Below are positions 1 through 11,000 of a stretch of 64,000 nucleotides of DNA, in pieces. Below the pieces are notes generated by a model that saw nothing but the letters and a program-made list of their open reading frames with translations, made no database searches and was not told the origin of the DNA. A program made the position numbers and the translations under genes. Origin of the DNA: Hypanus sabinus (lineage: Eukaryota); contig NC_082712.1 of assembly GCF_030144855.1 (NCBI RefSeq), forward strand, positions 10,044,001 to 10,108,000. Direction: 5' to 3'. Position 1 is the first letter of the stretch, and each line of letters opens with the position of its first letter.

Positions 1-1450
1 GTGCATCACAGCCTGACAGGGAAACACCAATGCACTTGAACGGAAAATCATACAAATGTAATGAATACGACAGAGTCCTTCATGGGTATAGCCTTCCCCA
101 CTATTGAACACATCTACACAGGAGGTTGATACAGGAAAGTAGCATCTACACTCAGGGACCCCTACCACCCAGGACATGCTCCCTCTCTCACTGCTGCCAT
201 TGAGAAGAAGGTTGCAGGAGTCTTAGGACTGACAGAACGAGGGTCAGGAATACTTATTACCCCTCAAGCATCAGGCTCATGAACCAAAGGAAATAACTTC
301 ATCAACCTCACTTCATCATTAGATAATAAGACAATAAGACATAAGAACAGAATTAGTCCATTCACCCCATTGAGTCTGCTCCGTCATTCCATCAATGCTG
401 ATCCAGATACACTTGCCTTCTCACCAAATCATTTGATGCCCTGACCGAGCAGGAAACGATCATCTTTTGCTTTAAATATGCCCACGGACTTGGCCTCCAT
501 AGCAGTCTGTCGCAGAGCATTCCACGGATTTACACTCTGGCTGAAAATTCCTCCTTACCTCTGTTCTACAATGTCACCCTTCAGTTTAGAGACTGTGCCT
601 TTTAGCTCTGGTTACCTGCTACAGAGGAAACATCCTCTCTACATCCACACTATATAGTCCTTTCGACATTCGTTAGGTTTCAATGAGATCTGCTCACATC
701 CTTCTAAATTCCAGTGAATACAGGCAGAAAACTGCCAAACAGAACTCGTATGTTAATCCCTTCATTCCCAGAATCCTCCTCGTGAACCTCCTCTGGAATC
801 TCTCCAATGAAAGCACATCTTTTCGGAGATATGGGGCACAAAACTGTTCTTATAACTTAAAGGAACAACAGCACAGTGTGTCTTAATGCACTCACCATAC
901 TCTGTAAATCAAACTTGCCAACTATTATAAGCTGCACCCCTGCCCACTCCAAGCGCACGCACGCACGCACACACACACACCTATGATTTGCTGTAAGTGG
1001 GGCAATGGAGCATTGTGACCAGTTTTGGGCCCCTTCTCTAAGGAAATAAGGGCTGGCATTGGAGATGTTCCAGAAAAGGTTCACGAGAATGATTCTGGGA
1101 ATGAGAGGGTTAACATAAGAGGGAAGTTTAATGGTCTTGGGACTGTATTCAATGGAGTTTAGCAGAATGGCAGGGGGTGAGCTCATTGCATTCTGTCGAA
1201 AGCCCTAGACAGAGGCAATTGTAACAGGATATTTCCTATAGTGGCAAGTCTAGGACAAAAAGGGCAGGTCTCAGAATAGAGGGGTGTCCACTTGAAACAG
1301 AGATGAGGAGGACTTTCACTAGTCAGGGTTTAGTGAATCTGTGGAATTCATTGCCACAAATGGCAGTGGAGGCAATGTCATTGTGTATATTTAAAGCGGA
1401 GGTAGATAGGTTCTTGATTAATGAGAGTGTCAAACATTACTGTGTAGAGG
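1..1450 (+). repeat. Segment duplicated at 61092-62560 (Rex-like LINE 3' piece + CR1 minus piece + CR1 plus piece)
   Basis: gtgcatcacagcctgacagggaaac at both 1 and 61092. The three TE fragments share junctions in both copies. Confidence 0.9.
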
Positions 1451-2129
1451 CAGAAGAAAGGGATTGAGGGTTAAAACAAATAATCATGACGGGATGGCTG
1501 ATGTCTCATGTGGGTAGAATAAACTAATTCTGCTCTTGTATTTTACGGTTGTAATTGAGGATGTCTTTACAAACACTCTGAGAACTAAGTAATACAACTC
1601 CATATCCTACAATGGGAAAATAGTCCATCACACACAGGAACACTTCCATACACAGGAAGAGGCAGAACAAACGTGAAATTCTACAAGATTTCAAACAATC
1701 CATGGCCAAAGTCACTCAAATCTCATGTCTTCCCCATTCTGATATGTGACCTGAAATATAGCTAAAATTCTTGACCACATCTGCATGCCCTTTTGCATTA
1801 ATTACTGCCATATGATTTGCTGATTAGTTCCTTGGAGTAACGATCATGTGTACCTAGTAAAACGGCCACTGGCATAAGTCACTGATAACAAATTTGACTG
1901 GATGCATGGGAATATAAAAATGAAACATATTTCTCATTTCCTGCATCTGTAGTGTTAGGATTTCCAGCAAAAATTTCTGCCTTAAGCAATGGAAGCTTTT
2001 AAGGATACCAAACGTTTCTTCAGATATATGAAGTATAAAAGAGAGGTGAGAATGGATTTCGGACCGCTGGAAAATGATGCTGGAAGACACTAACACATAG
2101 TGGAATTTCTAGGTTTCAGGGGTCATAAA

Positions 2130-3300
2130 GTGTGTGAAGTTACCATTGTTAATGAGAAGGTTCTTGGGAACTGTAAGTTCTGAAGGTAGAAAAGTCATCT
2201 GAACCACATCATGTACACACTAGAGTTTTGAAAGGGGTGGCTGAAGAGATCTTTGAGGCATTAATAATGATCTTTCAAGAAACACTAGGTTGTGGAATGG
2301 TTATGGAAGACTGGAAAATTGCAACTGTCACTCCACTCTTCAAAAAGGGAAAGAGACAGAAGAAAAGATTTTATAGGTCACATGGATACTATTGGATGTA
2401 GTCAGCATAATTTCCTGAAGGGAATATCTTGCCTAACAAGCATATTTGAATTTTTTTAAGAAAGAATAAGCAGGATAGACAAAGGAAAATCAGTTGATGT
2501 TGTGTACTTTGATTTTCGGAAGTCCTTTGACAAGTTACAACACACGAAGCTGCTTAACAAGCTACTTGCCCGCGATGTTACACTGAAGATCCTAACATGG
2601 ATAAAAGAGGTTTGGGCTATAAAGGATCTCGGCCCGAAACGACGACTGTTTATTCATTTGCATAGATGCTGCCTAGCCCGCTGAGGTCCTCTTTCATCTT
2701 GCGTGTGTTGCATGAAGGGACCTTTTCTAGTTGGCTGCTGGTATCTCGTGATGTTGCGCAGGGGCCTGTGTTGGGACCGATTCTTTATACATTATACGTT
2801 AATGATTTGGATGATAGAATTGTTGGCTTTGATGCACACTTTGCAGATGATGCAAAGATAGGTGGAAGCCAAGATGGTTTTCAGGAAGTGGTGCGACTAC
2901 AGAAGGACCTGGACAGATTAGAGAATGGGGAAAGAAGTGGAGATAGAATACACGTAAGTGTATGGTCATGCGCATTGGTTGAGGAAATGAAAGGTTGACT
3001 ATTTTTTAAATGGAGAGAAAATACAAAAGAAAAAAGCAGCGGAGCAAAATGACTTCAGACACCTTGTTTAAGATTCCCTCAAGGTTAATTTCAAGGTTGA
3101 GACTGTGGTGAAGACAGCAAATGCGATGTTAGCGTTCATTTCAAGAGGTTGAATATAAATGCAAGGTTGTAATGTTGAGAGTTTATGTAGCACTGACAGG
3201 GCTTCACTTAGAGTATTGTGAGCAGTGCTGGGTCACTTAAGTTCGAAAGGATGTGCTGAAACTGAAGGGTTTTCAGAGGATGATTACGAGAATAGATCTG
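2130..3300 (+). mobile_element. Degenerate CR1 LINE ORF2 (RT) fragments with an inserted short repeat tail at about 2615-2712
   Basis: YFDFRKSFDKL; VAQGPVLGPILYTLYVNDLD; FADDAKIGG; stops and frameshifts. Confidence 0.85.
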
Positions 3301-5689
3301 CTATGATGAAATGGCGGAGCAGACCTAATGGGCCAAATGGCCTAATTCAGCTCGTATGCATTATGGTAAGTCAAATAACTAGCCGTTACAACAGTGATGT
3401 GCAGAATTCATTCAAAAAACGTCACTGCCTTAGGCTCTGGAAGCTTTTAACGAAAAGAAACAGTAACAGGGAAGCTCACGCACAGAGACATCCAATACAA
3501 TCACAATAGAATCACCGACCGGGACCAGGATTAGATCCCATGTATCATCAATCTACCGGCGGTGTCACTCAAGAACTTGGGCAATATTATGTTTTGTGAC
3601 TATATATTTTCTCCATTCATAATTAAATGTGCTATGTGCTATGTTTGACTGTTGCTATTGTGTTTTTCACATTAACCCCGGAGTAACGCTGTTTCGTTTG
3701 CATGTTTTCCTCTGTATGGATGAATGAAAAAATAAATTGAATTTGATCTTCAACTTAAACTAACTCAGTAACATCTCATACCGCAACCACATACCTCCCG
3801 ATCCCATAGATCAGCAGGGGAGGCTGCAATCACAAGAACTTTGCTGCTTCAAACTTCTACACTTATCTTTTGTTAACCCAAGATCTATGATCATGTTTAA
3901 CAAGGACAAATGCCTCTCGTACCAGGATTGCCAAAGTGTTTTCTTTTGACATGGAGTAATGCAAAGGGACATTGGACCTCCAGTTGGGAAAGCCTGCTCT
4001 CGAATTTACATAGAAATCTATATCTTTCTAATGGATGTCACTTTCAATTTATTATTCAGAGAAACAGCACAAACAAGCCTGCTCCGCCTAAGTACACTCA
4101 AGTGACTAATTATCCTCCGAGCCCTACATCTTTGGACTGTGGGAGGTAACCGGAACATCCAGAGAAAACCAAAACGGTACCAGGAAAAATGATCAAACTC
4201 CTTAAAATCCCCGGCGTGAATTGAACAGGCGTCACTGAAACTATTGTTTCTTGTGGTTTCTGTCTGGAATTTGCACGTTCTCACTGTGAATGTGGGTGAG
4301 TATCCCATAAGTGTTCTGCTTCTTTCCCCACGTCCCAGGATGAGTGGGATGATTTGTTAATTTTACAATATAAATTATCCTGAGTGTGATTGGGTGGAGT
4401 GTCGGGGGCAGTTAATGGTCATTGATGAGACCAGATGGGTTACAAATAAACAGAGAGGGAACGGGATAGCTGGGACCTCTCCGCTGAGAGCCAGCATTGT
4501 CCAATGGGCTGGATGTCCTCCTTTTGAGTAATGTAACACAGGACAGTTACTGAATTCAAATAGCATCTATAGATATAGCTAACTAAATCACTACAACACA
4601 CTCAAAATGTCGAAGGCAATTCAGCATATCAGGCAGCATCTATGGAAATGAATAACCATTTGACGTTTATGGCAGAGATCATTCATCATTTTGGAAAGGA
4701 AAGGGGAAGAAGCTAGACTAAGACAGTGGAGGAATGGAAGCTGGGTGTATGCAGGTGGGTGGGCGATGGGAGATGAGGTATGAAGCAGGGAGGAGATAGG
4801 TTAAGAATGTAAAGAGCTGCTGAAGAAAAAATTCTCATAAGAGAGGATAGTGGACCATGGGCAAAAGGAAACTACAGTGGGAGGGCCACCATGGAGAGAT
4901 GATTAGCCGCTGAGGAGATGAGAGTGGTAAGGGAGTGGCAGAGTGGAGAATTGAAGAAGAGGGAAGGGGAGGGGGAATTACCGGAAGTTGGAGAAATCAC
5001 TATGCGTGCCATCAAATGCAAAGCCAGCCAAATGGAATATGAGATTCTACTCCTCCAACAGGAAAATCCAACCTTTTGCAGATGGAGGGAAGGTGATCGA
5101 CAAAGCGGTCCTCCAATGTACGTCGGGTGTCAGATATGCAACTTTAATTGTTATTTACACAATGCACATGCTCACCTTCCCAACCTTTAATAAAAATGCG
5201 GTTACAGGGATTAATGCCAAACATGGTAACTGCTTCGGATGGATTTAGAAAGAAGTTGTAGAGTCACCACCAAACTGTTATTCTTCCTCATACCATCGAT
5301 TCAAACATGGAAGATTGTCCTCCATAAAACCCTGACTCCCCTATCCACGTACCTGTTTAAACCTCTCTTAAGTGTTGTCACAATTCTGTACAGAGCAAAG
5401 CTTGTCCTGCGGGCTGATAAGGTCGTCCATCTATACATTACACTTGACCCCATTAGGTGTGCAGGCTTTGACGCCTTGCCTAATTAGGTGTTGTCTGATT
5501 TCATCAAGGACGTTCCAGGTAACAAATCTCGTTCATACAAAATTCCTTGAAAACCCTTTGTTCTCCATCTGTATAATCTTATTTTGGATCCTCTTTTATG
5601 CAATGTTTGTTGGAAATGGGAAAGATAACTAATAGAAGCAGATCGAAACTTCGTCAATATTTGAGGGGCCAGAGATGATCCTCTACTAA

Positions 5690-6104
5690 TATTTTAGAGG
5701 AAGCACCAATGCCCAAGAAAGGAAAAGCCAACAACGTGGTAGATACAGGAAGTCTATCACAGGAAAAGGTCCCCCCCACCCACGCCACCCCCTACACTGA
5801 GTGGATTTACAAGCAGCGTTGCCACAAGAAAGCAGCGCTCGTCATCAAGGATGCCGCCCCCACCCCACCCCCACATCTTCCAGAACATGCTTTCTTCTCT
5901 CTGTTGCCATTGGGTGGCAGATGCATAACTCTTGGGTCCCAAACCACCAGGTTGAGGAACAGTTATTACCCTTCAACTACCTGGACAACCGTAGATAACA
6001 TCACTCAATTTAACACAAAACTGATTACTGAACACAACTTGGGGACTCAATTTCAAGGACCCTATAAATCACGTTTTTCAATTTATCTTTTCCTCTATCT
6101 ATTG

Positions 6105-6148
<44 letters not shown>

Positions 6149-6310
6149 CCATTTAGCTATTTATATAATCTGCCAATAGTTTTATGTTTGTTTCTTCGTT
6201 GTGCAAGTTTGCCTTCTTTTGTGCAATGTTTATGTGTCTGTCATTGATTCTATTGTATTTCTTTGTCCTGCTAAGATTGCCTGTATGAAAGTGAATCTTA
6301 GGATAGTCCA
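5690..6310 (+). mobile_element. Rex-Babar/L2-type LINE 3' fragment
   Basis: IYKQRCHKKAALVIKD...HAFFSLLPLGGR...TTRLRNSYYP C-terminal motif. Confidence 0.6.
6095..6148 (+). repeat. (TATC)n microsatellite
   Basis: Direct reading of the sequence. Confidence 0.95.
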
Positions 6311-6798
6311 TGCACCACCACATGTGAATTCTTTTGCTGCTGGGTGAATTCCCAGAACCTACTATGCTCACTTTTTCCACTGCAATCTGAAAGCCTGAGT
6401 TGAGAATCACGTTTCCACAAATGGCTGACCAGTGCGTGTCAGTGCGCGTAGACCGGACTCGGAAAAGATAGCCACTGCGCCTGCGAAGGTCGAGTAAGGC
6501 ATTGCACCTCACCCCTACTCACTCTCCTATGCCCAATAGTGATTGCTGTCTCTGCAGCGTTTACCATCGCCTTAATGAGGCCACTATCCACAATCTTTAT
6601 CCAGATCTACATATTCGTCACATTCAGCCCAGAATTCCGCAACAGGTCGTCGAAAAGTAGGAGAAGGCCAATTAAAAACAGGTAACATTTCTCTCTGTGG
6701 AACATGCTGTTCTCTGTTGGATTTCTTAAATTAATTGGACCGTGGTTGTTCCCTATGCGCAGAGCAAGAACGACAGTAGAGTAGTGTGATTAAACATT

Positions 6799-6804
6799 TT
6801 TATT
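6799..6804 (-). terminator. Candidate polyadenylation signal AATAAA of the Siglec-15-like gene
   Basis: AATAAA on the minus strand about 1.2 kb after the candidate stop, with a T/GT-rich tract about 25 nt downstream. Confidence 0.35.
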
Positions 6805-7269
6805 GAGTTATGTTAGCTAGGATACACTCTGGGTAACGTACAATGGGGGGTGAGACTAACCCGGTTTGACGGGACAAAACGCATGTGCACTTGAAAGCCC
6901 ACACCCAAAAGAAAGTGACAACTGTGGCTATGAGGCCCAGTTGTTTCCCATGAGATCGATCGACCGCCTATGAACTCGTCACATTCTCACAAACGTACCG
7001 ATCCGGTTGGATGCTTGTCCAGCAACTGAGAATATTCAGGACAAAGGTCGATATATTTTTTGAAAATCCTGGAAAGTGCGGGAATATGCAGCATTTGCAG
7101 GAAACGATCAGGCATGTTTGTATTTGAGAAGGGGAGCATGTACAAGGTGCCTAACGACCTCGTTTCCTTCACACCAAAAGATCTAGAACATAAAGCAGCA
7201 CAGCTCACTCGAGATCTGTCGGCCCACGGTGGCGACCCCACTTTTTACCCTGCTCCAAGCAAAACCTAA

Positions 7270-7400
7270 ATTTCGGGTGATACAGTCGAGTAGCATTTAT
7301 CGCAGTACTTTCGAGTGCCAGTCAGTGACGAACCATCGGGGTTCAATTCCCGCCGCTGAAGAACTTTGGATGTAAAACGTCAGATTCCAATAACAAAGTG
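7270..7400 (+). mobile_element. tRNA-derived SINE 5' fragment
   Basis: B-box ggggttcaattcccgccgctg with a degenerate A-box upstream; no cloverleaf. Confidence 0.55.
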
Positions 7401-7559
7401 CACGAGGAATCAGGTCTTTTCTTAGGTGGCAAGCTGTAACTAGAGGACAACCAGACGAATTTGTGTTTATGTCCCAGTTGTTCAAAGTCAACAGCAATAA
7501 ACTCGATGAGAGAAATAATTTCAACACCTCCATCTTAGTGGGTGGCGTAATGCGAGGTG

Positions 7560-7800
7560 ATTTGAGAATGGAAGATAGAATGGCTATACAGGGCCTCAGA
7601 GAGAACCTGTCTGAAATTTGTGCAGTTTTGAGTTTGTCACAGTTGCGTTGATTTATCCGGGAGTGAGTGCAACAAAGGTTTACTAGGATCCCGAGGGAGT
7701 AGAATTGTTACCTGATGACAGATTGAATCAGTTGGCCCCATAGTCACTGGAATTGAGAGGAATACCAGGAATTCATAAAAGCGTGTAAAATTCCAACAGG
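7560..7800 (+). mobile_element. Old CR1 3' ORF2 fragment
   Basis: Decayed YRAL..HLE.C.QFW and VQQRFTRIP...DRLNQL..SLE motifs. Confidence 0.65.
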
Positions 7801-7986
7801 ACAAGGCAGACTCTCAATGTCAGCGGGGCTGGATCCATAATAGGCAGACAAGGGAAAATCAGAAAGCCTTTTGGAAATCAGATCAGAAATACCCGCACCC
7901 AGAGTGCAGTAAGCTGATGGAGCACATGGTAGGGGTGGATGCAACTTGTGGTTGGAGAACTGGTTCTCTCAGCCTCCTGCGGTAGA

Positions 7987-8002
7987 TCAGACTCGTCGCT
8001 TT
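7987..8002 (-). CDS. Candidate terminal coding exon (R)KRRV-stop, followed by 3' UTR
   Basis: Strong acceptor ttttgttctgtccccag|A AAG CGA CGA GTC TGA completes the phase-2 codon of the TM exon and gives a basic stop-transfer tail. Other acceptors are not excluded. Confidence 0.45.
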
Positions 8003-11000
8003 CTGGGGACAGAACAAAACGGTTAACACGAACCTTGATCGTTGTACAATGACACCACATCCGATTCCCTCCCCCCAATTCACTAATAATGTTTGAAGGA
8101 ATTTGGATCGAGGCATGAATGGGATATCCCACAGGATAGATTTTATCGTCAGTATCAGTGTATGACAACACAACTGGAGATGAGCTCAAAGATGCATTCA
8201 ATTGGAAACATTACAATGATGTAACAATATAGGTCGTGTTTTTGGCAGTAAGGTGGTCTTAGGCTATAGGATAATATTGATAAAAATGTATGGTGCTTAG
8301 ATTCAGACCGTAAGAGCATGTGAAATAGCATCAGACTTTCGGCATTCATCCCTTCTGCTCTGTTTTTCATCATGGTTCATTTATTATCCCTAACAACCCC
8401 ATTCTCCTATCCTCATCCAGTCATCTTTGATACCCTTACTAATCAAGAATACATCAATCTCTGTTTTAATTATTCCCACAGCCATTTCCGGCAGTAAATT
8501 CCACTGATTCACTACCCTCTGGCTCAGAAAGTTCCTCGGAATATCCTTTCTAAAGCAAAATCCTTCTATTAATGGCAGAGTGAAGTTATTCCTGGCTGTG
8601 ATTCAACTTCTAGGACACAGTCCTTTGAAATACAGATTTCTCAGGATTAATCCTGAATAGAAGGAAGTAGATTAAAAAATCATTGGAGCTAAGTAAATGC
8701 AACGTATTGTGGACAGTAACAGATTGAGGCTGTAATTCAAGGTAGATAAGTCCCATGGTCTAAGGTAGATAAGACCCCTGGTCCTGATGGGATGCATCCC
8801 AAAGTGCTGAAGGAACGGCGGATGTTATAGTAGATGCGTTGATAATCATTTATCAAAAATCTCTAGCCTCTGGGCAGGTTCCGTTGCAATGGAAGACAGC
8901 AAATGTCACGCCACTTTTTTTAAAAAAAAGAATGTAGGCAAAAGATGGGCAACTATAGGCTGGTTAGCTTCATATCTGCAGTGGGGAAAATGCTTGAAGC
9001 TGTCATTAAGGATGAAATAGAGAAACATTTCAAAAGGAGTAATTCAATAAGACAGACGCAGCATGGATTCAGAAAGGGCAGGTCCAGTTTTACAAACTTA
9101 TTGGAGTTCTTTGAGAATGTAATGAGTGCAGTGGATAGACGGGAACAGGTGAATGTCGAATACATGGATTTCCAGAAGATGTTCCATAAGATGCCTCACA
9201 AGAGACTGATAAATAAGATACAGATGCATGGAGTTAGAGGAAGTGTATTGACATGGATAGAGGATTGGTTAACCAGGCAGAGTATTGGATTCAATGGGTG
9301 TGTCCTCTAGTTGGCAGTCAGTGGTGAGTGGGGTGCCACAGGGGTTAGTGCTTGTTCCACAGCTGTTTGCCATCTACATTGATGATTTGGAAGAGGGGAC
9401 TGAGTGTAACGTAGCAAAATTTGCTGATGACTCTACACTGAGTGGAAAAGCAAATTGTACAGAGGGTGTGGAAAGTCTGCAGAGGGATATAGATAGTTTA
9501 ATTGAGTGGGCCAAGGTCTGGCAGATGGAATACAACGTTGGTAAATGTAAGATCATCCACTTTGAATAATAGAAGAGCAGATTATTATTTCAACGGTGAA
9601 AGGTTGCAGCATGCTGTTGTGCAGAGGGACTTGGGAGTGCTTGTTCATGAATTTCAAAAAGTTGGCTTGCAGTCACAACAGGTTATTAAGAAGACAGACG
9701 GAATGTTGGCCTTCATTGCTAGAGGGTTTGAATTTGTGAGCAGGGTGGACATGCTGCAACTATACAGGGTACTGGTCAGGCCGCACCTGGAGTACTGTGT
9801 GCAGTTCTGGTCTCCTTACTTGAGGAAGGATATACTGGCTTCGGATAAAGTGCAGAGGAGGTTCACCAGGTTGATTCAAGGGATGAAGGTGTTGATCTAT
9901 GACGTGAGATTGAGTCGCCTGGGACTATACTCGCTGGAATTCAGAAGAATGAGAGGGGATCTTAGAGAAACATACAAAATTTTCAAAGGGATATATAAAA
10001 TAGAAGTAGGAAAGTGGTCTCCATTGGTAGGTGAGACTAGAACTAGGGCACATTGCCTCAAGATTCAGAGGAGAAGATTTAAGACGGAGATGAGGAGAAA
10101 CTATTTTTCCCATAGAGTGGTGAATCTGTGCAATTCTCTGTGCAGGGAAGCAGTTAAGACTTCTTCACTGAATATATTTAAGAAACAGCTAGATAGGTTT
10201 TTACATCGTAAGCGAATTAAGGGTTATGGGGGAAAGGCAGGTAGATGGAGCTGAGTTTATGGACAGATTAGCCATGATCTTATTGAATGGTGTGGTAGGC
10301 TCAACTGGTCAGATGGCCTACTACTGTTCCTACAACGATCCACTGAGTCTTGACAACCAGCAGCTCAGGGATGTAATCCCAGCCTAATCACACGATGGTT
10401 TACAATGAACAATTAATCTGATAACCGGAGCTTTTTTGGACCTTGGGTGGAAGCCAGAGCACCCAGAGGAAACCAACGTGCACATGGGAAGAGCGTACAT
10501 ACTTTCTAACAAAGGGTGCCAGGTGCTCTAACCTTTTCCTCTAGTTCTGCCGAAGGGTCTTTGCTTGAAAAGCCGACTGTACTTTTTTTCCCACAGATGC
10601 TGTCTGGCCTTCTGAGTTCCTCCAGCATTTTGTGTGTGTTGCTTTAATTTACAGCATCTACAGGTTTTCTCTCGTTTGCTCCTACATATCCATACATTTG
10701 TCTATCATTTAGTGGGTACGTTGAATCCGAAAGGTATCTCAAAATACTAAATAGTCCACAAACTCTTCTGAAGGAGTCACTCTTATGATGCAATGACTAT
10801 TTACTGCGGTGCTCCCAGAAACAGCAAACGACAAGTACTGAGTGGGTCGACTCAAGTATTTCAGCCGGTTCCCAACGTCCACCGACTGTCTGAGTGAATC
10901 AGATTTCAGTCACGTCCCGGCAAGAGCCTTCAGCATTAGTACATACAGTACCTGAGTTTGTCACAGTAGAGAACGGCACCCATCACTAAAAGGGTGAGAG

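Noticed and set aside
6987-7269. Short ORFs (84 aa minus, 69 aa plus) in non-repeat DNA
   Set aside because: No recognisable family; the region fits the predicted 3' UTR of the Siglec-like gene.
7270-7360. tRNA gene
   Set aside because: Only a B-box is clear, there is no cloverleaf, and it continues into SINE-like sequence.
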